In this document: piece after piece, positions 62,812 through 64,000 of the stretch
How positions within the stretch are numbered: position 1 is the stretch's first letter
How the letters are laid out: each line of letters begins with the position of its first letter
Source: an uncultured delta proteobacterium
GTDB lineage: Bacteria > Desulfobacterota > Binatia > UBA9968
Assembly (NCBI GenBank): GCA_963847445.1
Contig: CAWJZV010000042.1
Location: forward strand, 64,001-128,000
Length of the DNA: 64,000 nt
Reading direction: 5' to 3'
Translations under genes and position numbers: made by a program
The notes under the pieces: model-generated
What the model saw: only the letters and a program-made list of their open reading frames with translations
Told to the model about the DNA's origin: nothing
Databases searched by the model: none

Positions 62812-63823
62812 GTGAAATTCTTGACGGTGCTAGCTCAGAACATTGTTTCTGATACGAGTCTCTGATTACTGTTCGATGCTACTGGGCCGGATAGGCGCAG
62901 CGCGCGCCGACACCATTCGCATCGCCTACAGCTCGGTCAATCCGCACGCGCTGTTGGTTTCGCTGGCCGAGAAGCGCGGGCTTTACGCCAAGTATGGACT
63001 TTCTTCGGTGGTGGTTTACATTCCCGGCGGCAGCACGGTGATTCAGGCGATGGTCTCCGGCGATATCGACTTGGGACAATTGACCGGGCCGCCGGGTGTG
63101 GCGGCGAATCTGCGCGGCGCCGATATTCTCTACGTTGCCATGACCGACGACCGCATGGGCTATCAACTGGCGACCCGTCCGAGATCAGAAGCGCCGGTGA
63201 TCTGAAAGGCAAGCGCTTCGGTATCAGCCGTTTCGCGTCGTCGTCGGATTTCGGCCTGCGCACGCTGCTGCGACGGCTTGGCGTCGATCCCAAAGACGTG
63301 ACGATCTTGCAGATCGGTAACGAGTCCGAGCGGCTGGCGGCGCTACGCTCCGGCAGCATCGACGGTTCGGTCTTTAACGCGCCGTTCGGCGTCGATGGCG
63401 AAGAAATTCAACTTCAATGTTTTGGCGGACGCCGACGCGTTGGGGATTCCCTATTTCAACACCGGAATGTGCGGCAGCGCCAAATTGATTGCAGAAAAAC
63501 GAGAGGCAGGATTCTAAACTTCCTGCGCGCCTACGTCGAAGCGATCAAGATTTTCAAGACCGAGCCGGAATATACGTTGAAGGCGCTGGCGCAGTTCAGC
63601 CGGGTGAACGATCAGGAGCTTTTGAAAGAAGCCTACGAGTACAACAAGAATAAGATCCCCGACATTCCTTATCCGTCGGTGAGCGCCATGCAAGCCGTGG
63701 TCGATCCGCTGGTCGCCGCGGAACCGAAATTGGGCAAGATCGACGCGAAGAATTTCGTCAGCGGATCGGTATTTAAAGAAACTGGAAGAAGAGGGGTTCG
63801 TGCAGAAGTTGATGGGGCGGTAG
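62812..63823 (+). CDS. NMT1/THI5-like substrate-binding protein, several frameshifts, start uncertain
   Basis: IRIAYS, GLYAKYGL, MVSGDID, DLKGKRFGI, LKKLEEEGFV. Confidence 0.75.
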
Positions 63824-64000
63824 GTATCGCTTCGACTGACTGCGCAGTCGTGAAGCCTAGGCCGCGCTGGACCTGCATGTCGGCGGCATACGAGCAACGG
63901 CATCTGAAAGATACTTTCTTCAGGTTGGGCGTTGGCTGGCGGCTCTACCTCCTATCCATAGTTCGGCCAGCGGGCTTTAATATCGGCTAGCCGTGCGATA

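Noticed and set aside
63190-63210. Other TGA-terminated ORFs (37431, 63203) as selenocysteine sites
   Set aside because: The protein continues in a different frame, so these are indels, and no Cys-type redox motif is present
1-64000. Frameshifts in many genes as mass pseudogenisation or programmed frameshifting
   Set aside because: They are scattered single-base indels in otherwise intact genes with conserved catalytic motifs and few nonsense codons, which best fits long-read consensus error. Needs read polishing to confirm.

Overview
GC-rich bacterial chromosomal window with many apparent single-base indels (probably long-read assembly errors). Gene content suggests Candidatus Binatia/Binatota-type deltaproteobacteria; this is an inference from the expanded orphan NMT1/THI5-like binding proteins, amidohydrolases, orphan Mo-hydroxylase and dense intergenic palindromes. 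Main blocks: (1) housekeeping genes (htpX, ABC exporter with transglutaminase, Mut7-C, tRNA-Asn); (2) a ~16 kb putative sigma54 island with an OmcA/MtrC-type decaheme cytochrome lacking a lipobox and MtrAB, a DASS transporter, TPR and USP proteins, an NtrC-type regulator, a Cache/HAMP/GAF kinase, an orphan SBP and a divergent DUF1329/DUF1302 pair, with three -24/-12 promoters and a shared tandem enhancer-like motif; (3) a catabolic cluster (CoxG, GMC oxidoreductase, ComDE-like decarboxylase, EamA, cyclase, asparaginase); (4) a hidden AhpD/CMD selenoprotein (CxxU, in-frame UGA with a SECIS-like hairpin); (5) ten orphan NMT1-like SBPs, some tandemly duplicated; (6) tcuAB with a TctC-like SBP; (7) a decayed MazEF module bracketed by direct repeats of an SBP gene tail; (8) a probable IS110 non-coding-end remnant; (9) several families of nested intergenic palindromic repeats. 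All family calls come from motif recognition, not database searches.
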